64,000 nt of DNA, from positions 4,623 through 68,622 of the forward strand of contig CAMRBQ010000007.1 in assembly GCA_947040495.1 (NCBI GenBank), given 5' to 3'. Source of the stretch: an uncultured Spirochaetia bacterium. Lineage in GTDB: Bacteria > Spirochaetota > Brachyspiria > Brachyspirales > Brachyspiraceae. A program made the position numbers and the translations under genes. This document shows positions 20,194 to 29,384 of this stretch, piece by piece. Within the stretch, counting starts at the first letter, position 1. Each line of letters opens with the position of its first letter. Under the pieces are notes generated by a model. The model searched no databases. It was not told the origin of the DNA and saw nothing but the letters and a program-made list of their open reading frames with translations.

Positions 20194-20216
20194 TTATTAG
20201 TAACCATTACTAATAA
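20194..20216. promoter_or_regulatory. Perfect 10-3-10 palindromic operator candidate (Fur/PerR-family-like AT-rich box)
   Basis: TTATTAGTAA-cca-TTACTAATAA begins 5 nt after the -10 element and lies 24 nt before the rubredoxin ATG. Confidence 0.45.
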
Positions 20217-20239
20217 GAAAAAATTAAAGGAGCACTTTT

Positions 20240-20377
20240 ATGAAAAAATATGTATGTAATGTTTGTGGTTTTATTTATGATCCTGCTGCTAACGGCAATG
20301 TTGCATTTGAAGATTTGGTAGAAGATTGGATTTGTCCTGACTGCGGCGTTGGCAAATCTGAATTTTCAGTTATGTAA
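20240..20377 (+). CDS. Rubredoxin
   Basis: Own translation [45 protein letters not shown] contains CxxC...CPxC. RBS aaaggag. Too short for the ORF track. Confidence 0.9.
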   Translation: MKKYVCNVCGFIYDPAANGNVAFEDLVEDWICPDCGVGKSEFSVM

Positions 20378-20407
20378 ATAGGGATATTATTAAGAAGGTT
20401 TAAATTT

Positions 20408-21595
20408 ATGGTCACTATTAAAAAAAATATTTATTGGGTTGGTGGAGTTGATTGGAATATAAGAGATTTCCATGGCTATACTACCGAAGAAGGCTCGAGT
20501 TATAATGCATATCTCATAATAGATGAAAAGATAACTCTTATAGATACAGTAAAGGGCTATCTGTATGAGGAAATGCTCTCTCGTATATCTGAAATAATAG
20601 ACCCTGCCAAAATAGATAATATTATTTCTTTGCATACGGAGATGGATCATTCAGGTGCTCTACCAGAAATATATAAAGTTGCTAAAAATGCAAAGATATA
20701 TGCATCCCCTCAGGGAGTAATTGGATTAAAAAAACATTATCCAGAACTTAAAGAGATTGCAACATGTGAAGAGGGTTCTACTCTCAATACAGGCAAATAT
20801 ACATTTACATTTCATCTAGCACAGATGTTACATTGGCCTGATAATATGGCAGCATATTTAGGAGAAGAAAAAATATTATTTTCAAATGATGCTTTTGGAC
20901 AGCATATTGCTTCAAGTGTGCATTTTGATGATATGTATTCAGAAGGTATGTTCTTCAGACAGGCGATGAAGTATTATGCAAATATTGTTCAGTGTTATAA
21001 TGAGCGTGTAGTTGCTTTTGCTAAAAAGGCTGTTATGCCACATGATATAGAAATTATTTGTCCTTCCCATGGTATAATTATAAGGAAGTACACAAAAGAA
21101 ATAATTGCAAAGTATATAGAGTGGGCTACAAATACTGTGAAAAAAAAGGCACTTGTCGTTTATGATAGTATGTGGGAATCTACAGACAAACTTGCAAGAC
21201 AGATACAACGTGGTCTTGAAGATTCTGGAGTAGAGACCTCACTTTGTGATTTAAAGTATAATCATATATCAGATATTATGACAGATGTACTTGATTCTGC
21301 GGCTATTATTGTAGGCTCTCCTACATTAAATAGTAACATGCTTCCCAATGTGGCTGCTTTTTTATGCTATTTAAAAGGGCTTGCCCCAGTTAAAAGAATT
21401 GGTATGGCATTTGGTAGTTTTGGTTGGAATGGGCAAGGGCATAAACAGGTTCATTCTATATTGTCAGAATTGAAAGAATGGGATGTAAGTCTTGAGCCTT
21501 TGGGTGTAAAATATATTCCAACAGAAGAGGAGCTTGCAATGGTATATCAAAAAGGTAAAAGCATAGCCTCTCTTATAGAAAACACAGTAAAATAA
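20408..21595 (+). CDS. Flavodiiron protein (FprA-type O2/NO reductase): MBL-like domain plus flavodoxin domain
   Basis: Di-iron motif HTEMDHSGAL, a C-terminal flavodoxin-like ALVVYDSMWEST; 395 aa. Confidence 0.85.
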   Translation: MVTIKKNIYWVGGVDWNIRDFHGYTTEEGSSYNAYLIIDEKITLIDTVKGYLYEEMLSRISEIIDPAKIDNIISLHTEMDHSGALPEIYKVAKNAKIYASPQGVIGLKKHYPELKEIATCEEGSTLNTGKYTFTFHLAQMLHWPDNMAAYLGEEKILFSNDAFGQHIASSVHFDDMYSEGMFFRQAMKYYANIVQCYNERVVAFAKKAVMPHDIEIICPSHGIIIRKYTKEIIAKYIEWATNTVKKKALVVYDSMWESTDKLARQIQRGLEDSGVETSLCDLKYNHISDIMTDVLDSAAIIVGSPTLNSNMLPNVAAFLCYLKGLAPVKRIGMAFGSFGWNGQGHKQVHSILSELKEWDVSLEPLGVKYIPTEEELAMVYQKGKSIASLIENTVK

Positions 21596-21620
21596 AAATT
21601 ATAAAAAAGAAGGAACTAAT

Positions 21621-21950
21621 ATGTCATTTTCAAATTATGTAAAATCTAGCGATGGTGAAGGCAAAGAAAAGCATTTACCAGTTATTGAAGTAAAAGGTGA
21701 TACTGTAGTAGTTACAGTTGGTAAAGAGGTTGCGCATCCTAATACTGTAGAACATCATATAAAATGGATACGTCTTTATGGTATTAAAAAAGAGAATAAT
21801 ATGCCTGTTGATATAGCTTATCTAGACTTGGGACCTACACTAGCTTCTCCAAAGCTAACTGTAGAGCTTCTAGTAAAAGAATATAAAGAGATATATGCAG
21901 TTTCATATTGTAATGTACATGGCGTATGGGAATCTGCACTTCAGTGTTAG
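21621..21950 (+). CDS. Superoxide reductase (1Fe neelaredoxin-type desulfoferrodoxin family)
   Basis: KHLPVIE...HPNTVEHHIKWI...YCNVHGVWE supplies the His4/Cys iron ligand pattern; 109 aa. Confidence 0.8.
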   Translation: MSFSNYVKSSDGEGKEKHLPVIEVKGDTVVVTVGKEVAHPNTVEHHIKWIRLYGIKKENNMPVDIAYLDLGPTLASPKLTVELLVKEYKEIYAVSYCNVHGVWESALQC

Positions 21951-22038
21951 ATATCTTTACGGTAGTAATAAATAAAATTTAAGTTCTTATTTAGATATTA
22001 TTTAATAATAGATTCAAAATTTTTTAAAGGAGACAGTA

Positions 22039-22578
22039 ATGAAAGATTTAAAAGGTACAAAAACGGAAAAGAATTTATGTGATGCTTTTGCGGGCGAATC
22101 AATGGCAAGAAATAAATATACTTATTTTGCTAGTGTTGCAAGAAATGAAGGTTATGAGCAAATATCTGGTATTTTTCTTGAGACAGCTGATAATGAAAAA
22201 GAACATGCTAAAGTTCATTTCAAACATCTTGGAGGCATCGGTGATACTGCTGCTAACCTACAAGCTGCTTGGGAAGGTGAAAATGAGGAAACTACAGAGA
22301 TGTATCCTAGAATGACGAAAGAAGCTAAAGAAGAAGGTTTTGATGATATAGCTGAATCTTTTGAAAAGATTGGTGAAGTAGAAGCTGTACACAGAGGAAG
22401 ATATGCTGACCTTCTGAAAACTGTTAAAGATGGTAGTGTTTTCAAAAGAGCTACAACAGTTCAGTGGAAATGTAGAAATTGTGGATTCATTTCTGAAGGA
22501 ACAGAAGCGCCTGCTTTATGTCCTGCTTGTAAGCATGCTAAAAAATTCTTTGAAGTAAAAACAGAGTCTTATAAATAG
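22039..22578 (+). CDS. rbr: Rubrerythrin
   Basis: Ferritin-like di-iron ExxH motifs (EKEH, EAVH) plus a C-terminal rubredoxin-like CRNCG...CPACKH. Confidence 0.9.
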   Translation: MKDLKGTKTEKNLCDAFAGESMARNKYTYFASVARNEGYEQISGIFLETADNEKEHAKVHFKHLGGIGDTAANLQAAWEGENEETTEMYPRMTKEAKEEGFDDIAESFEKIGEVEAVHRGRYADLLKTVKDGSVFKRATTVQWKCRNCGFISEGTEAPALCPACKHAKKFFEVKTESYK

Positions 22579-22597
22579 TTAATAATTAAAAAATATA

Positions 22598-22650
22598 AAG
22601 CGTTAAGTTTATTAAATTGTAATTAAATTAATAAATTTAACGCTTTTTTA
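22598..22650 (+). terminator. Rho-independent terminator after rbr
   Basis: Long hairpin gcgttaagtttattaa / ttaataaatttaacgc followed by T6. Confidence 0.7.
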
Positions 22651-22831
22651 TTGCAACATTATCATATTTTTATACAAAATGTTATTAACATAACATTGGG
22701 ATTATATGCTTTTATTATAATTAAAATCATACAAACCATTAAAATTTTCAATAGCTAATACCGATTAATATAAACATAGACAATTGTATACATAAAATTT
22801 TTATAAAGAGAATTTTGTGGAGGATTAATTT

Positions 22832-23794
22832 ATGAAAAAGGTGATTTTATTTATAATGCTAATAGGCTTGGTATTTGTTATATCATGCGGAAGCAAAAAG
22901 GATGAAATAGAAGATAGTTATCTTATTGAACTAGAGAATCAGTATAATCAAGATGATGAAACAGATATACAAACTGAGATTCCAGATTCTCTTACAAATG
23001 AAGATAATGATTTTACAGGTAGTACAGTAATTGATAGTGGAAGTTCAGATAATTATATATCTACAACTACAGGTAATAAAACCTATAGCAATGATGGAAC
23101 GAGAACATCTAGTACTGATAGAAGACAAGTTGTTAGTGAAAAACCTACGAGTTCATATAGACCTGTAGAAAAAACTACAAGTTCATATAAGCCAAGTAAT
23201 GTACAGAAGGCTTCATATTCAAAACCAAGACAGTTTAGATCTGTTTGGGTAGATACAAAAGACTCTCAAGTTATAAAGGATATAAGACTACTTATAGCAG
23301 GTCAAAAGTATAAAGATGCTCAGGTATATATAGACAGACTTAATGTTGATAATTTACCAAGTACAGATGTCGGGCATTTATATCAATTCAAAGGTATCGT
23401 ACATTATTTCTTAGTACCAGAAGATTCTAGGGCTTTCTCTGTAGGTATAGAATCTTTTCAAAAAGCATATGAAGAAACAGATGTAGAGAAGTTTAAACCA
23501 CTTTCAATACTTTGGCTTGGTATGTTATATGAAAAATACTCAAATAATACAGTAGAACTACAGCAGGCTGTTAATTTATTTGATGAGGTAATCAATAGCT
23601 ACTCTAATACAAGATTTGTTAATGATGCTGTTTTCTATAAGGCTTTAACATTGCAAAAACTTGATAGAGATGATGAATATAATGAGTTAATATTATCTTT
23701 GAAAAATAATACATATCCAGATAATCTTATTTATTCTAAGTGGAATAATGATTATATAAAAACGGATATTCTTTTATCTAAATATGCAAATTAG
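22832..23794 (+). CDS. Lipoprotein with low-complexity Ser/Thr-rich linker and TPR-like helical C-terminal domain
   Basis: Lipobox FVISC after a signal peptide; tandem EKxTSSY(R/K)P motif; helical repeat-like C-terminus. No specific family recognised. Confidence 0.45.
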   Translation: MKKVILFIMLIGLVFVISCGSKKDEIEDSYLIELENQYNQDDETDIQTEIPDSLTNEDNDFTGSTVIDSGSSDNYISTTTGNKTYSNDGTRTSSTDRRQVVSEKPTSSYRPVEKTTSSYKPSNVQKASYSKPRQFRSVWVDTKDSQVIKDIRLLIAGQKYKDAQVYIDRLNVDNLPSTDVGHLYQFKGIVHYFLVPEDSRAFSVGIESFQKAYEETDVEKFKPLSILWLGMLYEKYSNNTVELQQAVNLFDEVINSYSNTRFVNDAVFYKALTLQKLDRDDEYNELILSLKNNTYPDNLIYSKWNNDYIKTDILLSKYAN

Positions 23795-23816
23795 TCAATC
23801 ATAATTTATTTCCCAT

Positions 23817-23855
23817 AACCCAGCCTCTCTAAAACAGAGTGGTTGGGTTTTTTTA
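23817..23855 (+). terminator. Rho-independent terminator candidate
   Basis: Stem aacccagcctctc / gagtggttgggtt (imperfect) followed by T7. Confidence 0.55.
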
Positions 23856-23882
23856 TTTTTTAAATTATATATAATACAAATT

Positions 23883-25751
23883 ATGGAACATCTTTTGAAA
23901 ACAAATAATAATAATTATGATGTAATAGTTGTAGGGGCAGGGCATGCGGGTATTGAAGCTGCTCTTGCTAGTGCAAAGCTTGCTTGTAATACACTTTTAA
24001 TAACTATCAATCTTGATAATATGGGCCAGCTATCTTGCAATCCATCTATTGGTGGCATTGCTAAAGGGCAAATCGTAAAAGAGATAGATGCCCTTGGTGG
24101 AATCATGGGACATGTAATCGACAATACCATGATGCAATTTCGTATGCTTAATAAAAGTAAAGGTAAAGCCGTATGGGCCCCACGTTCGCAGGCGGATAAA
24201 TATGCATATAAAGACTATGTAACAAATGTTTTATATGCTCAAAAAAATCTATCTATTATGCAAGATATAGTTATATCTTTATGTGTAGAAAATAAAAAAA
24301 TTGTTGGTGTAAAGACTGAGCGTAATAATATATATACAGCAAAATCTGTTGTTCTTACTACGGGTACATTTTTGAATGGGCTTATTCATATTGGGCAATA
24401 TCAAAAAGCCGCTGGTCGTATTGGTGAATTGCCTGCAGTTGGGCTGTCTGACAATCTTCTATCACTAGGTTTTTCTGTCGGTAGATTAAAAACCGGCACT
24501 CCTGCTAGAATAGACAAAGATAGTATAGACTATAATAAAACTGAAATACAACATGGCGATGATAAAATATATCCATTTTCATATGAAACTAATAGCATAG
24601 ATATAGAACAAACTCCATGTTGGTCTATATATACAAATATAAATATACATAAAATTATACAAGATAATATTCATCTTTCTCCATTATATTCTGGTCGTAT
24701 TACAGGTGTTGGTCCAAGATATTGCCCGAGTATTGAAGATAAGGTTGTTCGCTTTGCTGATAAGGATAGGCATCAATTGTTTTTGGAATTAGAATCGCTA
24801 CGTAGCAATGAAGTTTATATAAATGGATTTTCATCTAGCTTGCCCGAGCATGTTCAAAATCAAATGATTCATAGCCTAGTAGGTCTTGAGGAAGTAAAAA
24901 TATTAAAGCCTGCCTATGCTATAGAATATGACTATGTCAATCCAATAGATTTATATCCAACACTCGAAACAAAGATTATAGAAGGGCTCTTTCATGCTGG
25001 GCAAATCAATGGTACTAGTGGATATGAAGAGGCAGCAGCTCAAGGTTTAATAGCAGGCATTAATGCGGCATTAAAAATACAAGAGCGAGATAGTTTTATA
25101 TTAAAGCGTAGTGATGCATATATCGGTGTTCTTATCGATGACCTTACAACTAAGGGAACAACCGAGCCATATAGAATGTTTACATCTCAAGCGGAATATA
25201 GAATGATATTAAGGCAAGATAATGCTGATGAAAGGCTTACAAAATTATCATTTGATATTGGGCTTGCTAGCGAACATAAATATTTAAAAGTCGTAGAAAA
25301 AGTAAAACAGAGAGATAAACTTATTGCTTATCTTGGCGGATATTATCTATCAAAAGAAGAGCTACTTAATATTGGGCTTGAAAAAGAAGCAAACGAATAT
25401 AAATCTATTAATTTAGCAAATATAGTGAAGCGTCCACAATGCGGTATCGATTATATAAAAAATATTGGTGAAGTATCAAACTATAATGAAAATGTCATAG
25501 AGAGTGCTGAGATAAATATAAAATATGAGGGATATATTAAGCGGGCGCAAAATGATATTGAAAACATGAAAAAATATGAGAACATGAAAATCCCAATAGA
25601 TTTTGATTATGACCTTGTGCCAAGTATAAAAACAGAGGCAAAAGAAAAATTAAAACTGCATAGACCGCTTTCTATTTCTCAAGCAACTAGAATATCTGGA
25701 ATTGACCCATCCGTAATACAGGCTCTAATGATTCTACTGCGTAGGCTTTAG
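23883..25751 (+). CDS. mnmG: tRNA uridine 5-carboxymethylaminomethyl modification enzyme
   Basis: YDVIVVGAGHAGIEAA FAD motif and GQINGTSGYEEAAAQG; 622 aa. Confidence 0.95.
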   Translation: MEHLLKTNNNNYDVIVVGAGHAGIEAALASAKLACNTLLITINLDNMGQLSCNPSIGGIAKGQIVKEIDALGGIMGHVIDNTMMQFRMLNKSKGKAVWAPRSQADKYAYKDYVTNVLYAQKNLSIMQDIVISLCVENKKIVGVKTERNNIYTAKSVVLTTGTFLNGLIHIGQYQKAAGRIGELPAVGLSDNLLSLGFSVGRLKTGTPARIDKDSIDYNKTEIQHGDDKIYPFSYETNSIDIEQTPCWSIYTNINIHKIIQDNIHLSPLYSGRITGVGPRYCPSIEDKVVRFADKDRHQLFLELESLRSNEVYINGFSSSLPEHVQNQMIHSLVGLEEVKILKPAYAIEYDYVNPIDLYPTLETKIIEGLFHAGQINGTSGYEEAAAQGLIAGINAALKIQERDSFILKRSDAYIGVLIDDLTTKGTTEPYRMFTSQAEYRMILRQDNADERLTKLSFDIGLASEHKYLKVVEKVKQRDKLIAYLGGYYLSKEELLNIGLEKEANEYKSINLANIVKRPQCGIDYIKNIGEVSNYNENVIESAEINIKYEGYIKRAQNDIENMKKYENMKIPIDFDYDLVPSIKTEAKEKLKLHRPLSISQATRISGIDPSVIQALMILLRRL

Positions 25752-25772
25752 TTGCATATATAAAATGCATTA
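25734..25772 (+). repeat. Left arm of the inverted repeat bracketing RadC-like cassette 1 (overlaps the last 18 nt of mnmG)
   Basis: ctactgcgtaggctttagttgcatatataaaatgcatta matches the reverse complement of 26692-26730 at 32 of 39 positions by hand, with the first 15 nt identical. Confidence 0.75.
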
Positions 25773-25847
25773 TTGCATTGAAATGTGTTACTAGGCAAAG
25801 TGCTGCGGGGTATGCCTTGTTTTAGTTGTACATTATAAAGCTGTCTA

Positions 25848-26561
25848 TCATTTCAATTTGTCTATTTCTTTTTTTGGTATATTTGTAATTTTTATTATTT
25901 CTTCTATATTATAATTCATAGATAACATTTCTTTTGCTATTTCAATATTTCTTTTTTCGATACCAACTTTTTCACCTTCTTTTTTTCCATCAAGTTTATA
26001 ATCTTGCTTCTCTTTATCCAAAATATCTTTGACATCATCAACAGCCTGATAGGTTATATCTTGTTCGAAAAAATCTATATATTTTTCTACAAAAAAACTA
26101 TAGTAAATTGATTCTTCACTTTCTAAAGATGAGCGTGAAATTATTATATGGTCAATTAAATTTAGCCCCAAATATTTCGACCTATGATAAAATTTATTCG
26201 TAAAGTCTATATCATATTGTGAAGGCTCAGGATTTTTTCTACTTGTATGATTATGGGCAATAACAATATTTTTTGATTTATGTTTTACGGCTGTATCAAA
26301 AATATCTATGATAGGAAGCTTCACCATATTTTCAGTGCCCAAAGCCACAAGATAAATACAAACAACATATCCATCGCTGTCCATGCCCATTATCCAAAAA
26401 TGCTCTTTACTATATAAATCTTTATTCTCAATTTTTAACACATGGATAAACGCTCTATAATAATCTTCTACGCTGCTTATTTTTATAGATTTTTTTTTAA
26501 TATCTTTGACAGTTCTAATCAACATTTTTTTATTATCTTCAATTTTTTTCTTGCTTGCCAT
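25848..26561 (-). CDS. RadC-like JAB/MPN-domain protein, paralog 1 (C-terminal HTH-like tail)
   Basis: EHFW...AHNHTSRKNPEPSQYD fits the RadC-type E / HxH / SxxD signature. About two thirds identical to the 31078..31791 product by eye. Confidence 0.75.
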   Translation of the reverse strand: MASKKKIEDNKKMLIRTVKDIKKKSIKISSVEDYYRAFIHVLKIENKDLYSKEHFWIMGMDSDGYVVCIYLVALGTENMVKLPIIDIFDTAVKHKSKNIVIAHNHTSRKNPEPSQYDIDFTNKFYHRSKYLGLNLIDHIIISRSSLESEESIYYSFFVEKYIDFFEQDITYQAVDDVKDILDKEKQDYKLDGKKEGEKVGIEKRNIEIAKEMLSMNYNIEEIIKITNIPKKEIDKLK

Positions 26562-26691
26562 GAGATATACCTTTGTAATTATTTATTAGTTTTTTTATGA
26601 TTTTTTATTATATACAATATTTTATTATTTGCAGTACTTTTCCTAGTAGCACATACAAAATCAATATAATAAAATATATATTTAAATGTTA

Positions 26692-26730
26692 GAATGCAAT
26701 TATAATGTGCAACTTAAGCCTACGCAGTAG
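26692..26730 (-). repeat. Right arm of the inverted repeat of cassette 1
   Basis: The reverse complement reads ctactgcgtaggcttaagttgcacattataattgcattc. Confidence 0.75.
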
Positions 26731-26736
26731 TGTATT

Positions 26737-26758
26737 AAAATGTGCAACTAGGAAAACC
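26737..26758 (-). repeat. Additional copy of the repeat core next to cassette 1
   Basis: The reverse complement reads ggttttcctagttgcacattttaat. Further partial cores lie at 25782-25795 (-), 25822-25838 (+) and 26642-26659 (+). Confidence 0.6.
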
Positions 26759-26843
26759 AGCATTGTGGTTGCAGTATTATATATTATGGTATAGACTGAT
26801 ATGCGTTTAGTCAAATATTGAAATTACTCATTGGAGATTCGTC

Positions 26844-28199
26844 ATGGCAATAAAAAATGTTGGAAAAAGAAATCTTAATAAAGATTATTCTTTTATGTTA
26901 TCTATAGATAAGAATGATATAGATTTAACTGTAGATTATATAAAAAATAAGGTATCAGAAAATAATAGATTTATAATTTTAGAAATAAGAGATTTAGATA
27001 AAACTGAATATGCAGATGACGATTATAAAAAAGCAATATATGTTAAACTTCAATATCTTCCATTTATGAATGAAGATGGGGATGAACAGAGTGATAATGA
27101 TAATGAAGAAGCAAAGATATTAGAATTAAAGGTCGCATTAATGCCAACATCTAAAGTTAGTGATTTGGTTATGAATGCTTATATGAAAACGGATGTTACA
27201 CAAGATGATTGTGCTGCAATTTTTAAAAATGAACTTGCCTTAAATATTTCGACAATATATGAAAATTTTCCAATACAAGATTATCAAATACATTTGAAAT
27301 TGTTAAATCTATTGAGCCCAAGCTCATTACTTTTTATCGATATATCAGGCTTTTTGGTTAGAAGCGGTACATGGCTTAGATATACAGCAAACTTTGAATT
27401 GCCTCCATCATTAGATTATCTTTATGCCGTACATAGTATATTTGATGATGAGAGTGAAGTTCATGAATATTGGTTTCATACACATGGACTTAATAGACTT
27501 GGCTTGCCTGAGGTTGAAATCATGGGGCTTAATGATGATGAACTTGCATACCCTTGTTCTACTTTATTGACTACCGTGGCAAAGTATATTATAGAGAATG
27601 GAGCACCAAAGGAAAAAGACCCAGCTTTTGTAGAGGTTATGTATGAAACTCCTACTATACTTAAACCATTTTATGAAGCTAAGCAATATTTCACTGAAAA
27701 TACACTTGGTTTCACAAGGACTGATGGGGATATCGACCATCCAGTAGATTCTTTGATAGTTTTGGCAATGAAAGACGGTAATGTTGTGCCATTTAATGAA
27801 TATAAAGATAAGTTTATGGATAATCCAATATTTTCATTAAGCAATTTTGAAACGACACTTATGAGAGAGGCAGCTAGAGAAACTATCGAATATTTTATAA
27901 ATATTTTTGATGGGCATAAAGACAATGAAGATTTTGGTTTTTTGGTTAAACTTGGTTATGCTGAAAGGGATAAAGAAGAAGGCGAGACAGAGCATCTTTG
28001 GTTTGATGTGCATAATTTTGACAAAGAGACCATGCTTTTTGATGCAACACTTGTTAATAAGCCATATTATGATATAGGCATTACAGAAGGGCAGAGAGGT
28101 TCTTATGAATTGGCTAGACTTACAGATTGGATTGTCCATATAGAAGATTATAGTTATAATTCAGCAAATATTTATATGCTTTTTAAGACTGAAGACTAA
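26844..28199 (+). CDS. Hypothetical protein with DUF2314 (YegJ-like) C-terminal domain
   Basis: C-terminal EHLWFDVHNFDKETMLFDATLVNKPYYDIGITEGQRGSYELARLTDWIV fits the DUF2314 pattern as I recall it. The N-terminal ~350 aa is unassigned. Confidence 0.5.
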   Translation: MAIKNVGKRNLNKDYSFMLSIDKNDIDLTVDYIKNKVSENNRFIILEIRDLDKTEYADDDYKKAIYVKLQYLPFMNEDGDEQSDNDNEEAKILELKVALMPTSKVSDLVMNAYMKTDVTQDDCAAIFKNELALNISTIYENFPIQDYQIHLKLLNLLSPSSLLFIDISGFLVRSGTWLRYTANFELPPSLDYLYAVHSIFDDESEVHEYWFHTHGLNRLGLPEVEIMGLNDDELAYPCSTLLTTVAKYIIENGAPKEKDPAFVEVMYETPTILKPFYEAKQYFTENTLGFTRTDGDIDHPVDSLIVLAMKDGNVVPFNEYKDKFMDNPIFSLSNFETTLMREAARETIEYFINIFDGHKDNEDFGFLVKLGYAERDKEEGETEHLWFDVHNFDKETMLFDATLVNKPYYDIGITEGQRGSYELARLTDWIVHIEDYSYNSANIYMLFKTED

Positions 28200-28204
28200 G
28201 TTAT

Positions 28205-28837
28205 TTACATAATACCTAGAGATTTTCTTTTGCCTAGCATTGCCCCATATTTTTCATGCCCTGGGTAGAATAAAGTCTCATCTGGTAGTTCAAATATTTT
28301 TTCAATACTATTTTTTATTGTATTGCCATCGCCATGTGGAAAATCCGTTCTGCCGACACCCATATAAAAAAGTGTATCCCCTGTAAAGAGATGGCCGTCT
28401 GTATAATAACAAACTGAACCATTGCTATGACCGGGTGTATGCATAACTTCGAATTTAATGCTGCCGATATTAAAAGTTTCACCACTTCCTTTGAACATAA
28501 AGTCGGCACTATGATATGTGATAGGGTCTCCAAAATATCCTGTGAGGTTTTCATTTGCATCTGTAAACATGATATTATCTTTTTTATGTATATATTGTGG
28601 TATGTTTTTATAGTGTTCTCGAGCTTCATCAGAGCCTTGTATATGGTCAAAATGCCCATGTGTATAAACTATACGTGATAATGTTCTACCACCTATAGAT
28701 TTGTCAATTAGCATTAAATCATCTTTTGTGGCGGGCATATCTATAATCATAACTTCTTTGTTATCGCCTACAATATATGTGTTTACAGCATAAGGGCTAA
28801 ATACAAATGCTTCTATGTAAATATTATCTTTTATCAT
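28205..28837 (-). CDS. MBL-fold metallo-hydrolase (glyoxalase II-like)
   Basis: THGHFDH zinc motif, later HTPGHS and GDTLF motifs; 210 aa. Confidence 0.8.
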   Translation of the reverse strand: MIKDNIYIEAFVFSPYAVNTYIVGDNKEVMIIDMPATKDDLMLIDKSIGGRTLSRIVYTHGHFDHIQGSDEAREHYKNIPQYIHKKDNIMFTDANENLTGYFGDPITYHSADFMFKGSGETFNIGSIKFEVMHTPGHSNGSVCYYTDGHLFTGDTLFYMGVGRTDFPHGDGNTIKNSIEKIFELPDETLFYPGHEKYGAMLGKRKSLGIM

Positions 28838-28862
28838 GAAATAAAATACCTGCCTTATAAAA

Positions 28863-29348
28863 TTAAATATTCTCCTCTTCCTCTTCCTCTTCTTCTTCCT
28901 CTAGCAGCTGTGATAATTCAAGTATAACTAAAAGTTTTTCATCCAACTTAGCTACCCCTCTAATATATTTATGCCCAACACCTGAAAACATATGAGGTGT
29001 TGCTTGGATATTTTCATCGTCAATTGAAACAACTTTAGATATACTATCTATAATTATACCCATATCAATGCCATGAACATTAACGATAATAATACCAGTA
29101 TTTTTTTCGCCATCTGATTCTTCAAGTACAAATCTTTTTTTAAGATCAACGATAGGTATCACATTACCACGCAAATTTATAACCCCTTCCACATATTCGG
29201 GGGCATTAGGTATAATTGTAATTTTTTCCATTTTGATTATTTCTTTAGCCTGCATGATATCTATACCATATTCATTAATACCAAGCCTAAAAGTCACCAG
29301 TTGCATATTAGAATTTTCTTCAATAGTGTCTATTTGTCTAGCGTCCAT
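28863..29348 (-). CDS. cheW: Chemotaxis coupling protein CheW with poly-Glu C-terminal tail
   Basis: LVTFRLGINEYGIDI...VINLRGNVIPIVDLKKRF is the CheW core. The protein ends in E11-like LLEEEEEEEEEENI. Confidence 0.85.
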   Translation of the reverse strand: MDARQIDTIEENSNMQLVTFRLGINEYGIDIMQAKEIIKMEKITIIPNAPEYVEGVINLRGNVIPIVDLKKRFVLEESDGEKNTGIIIVNVHGIDMGIIIDSISKVVSIDDENIQATPHMFSGVGHKYIRGVAKLDEKLLVILELSQLLEEEEEEEEEENI

Positions 29349-29384
29349 ATTTACTCCTTTAACATATACCGTTTAAATATAATT

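Noticed and set aside
28315-28659. 114-aa alternative-frame minus-strand ORF and 83-aa plus-strand ORF inside the MBL hydrolase gene
   Set aside because: They overlap a gene with clear MBL motifs, and there is no independent start signal or recognisable motif.
28868-28900. GAR trinucleotide run, the 15-bp repeats at 61609-61683 and the 21-bp repeats near 880-930, considered as possible CRISPR or other non-coding arrays
   Set aside because: All are in-frame coding repeats (poly-Glu, KLEAQ, RGSRNGG) with no spacers. No CRISPR-like repeat-spacer structure exists in the window.
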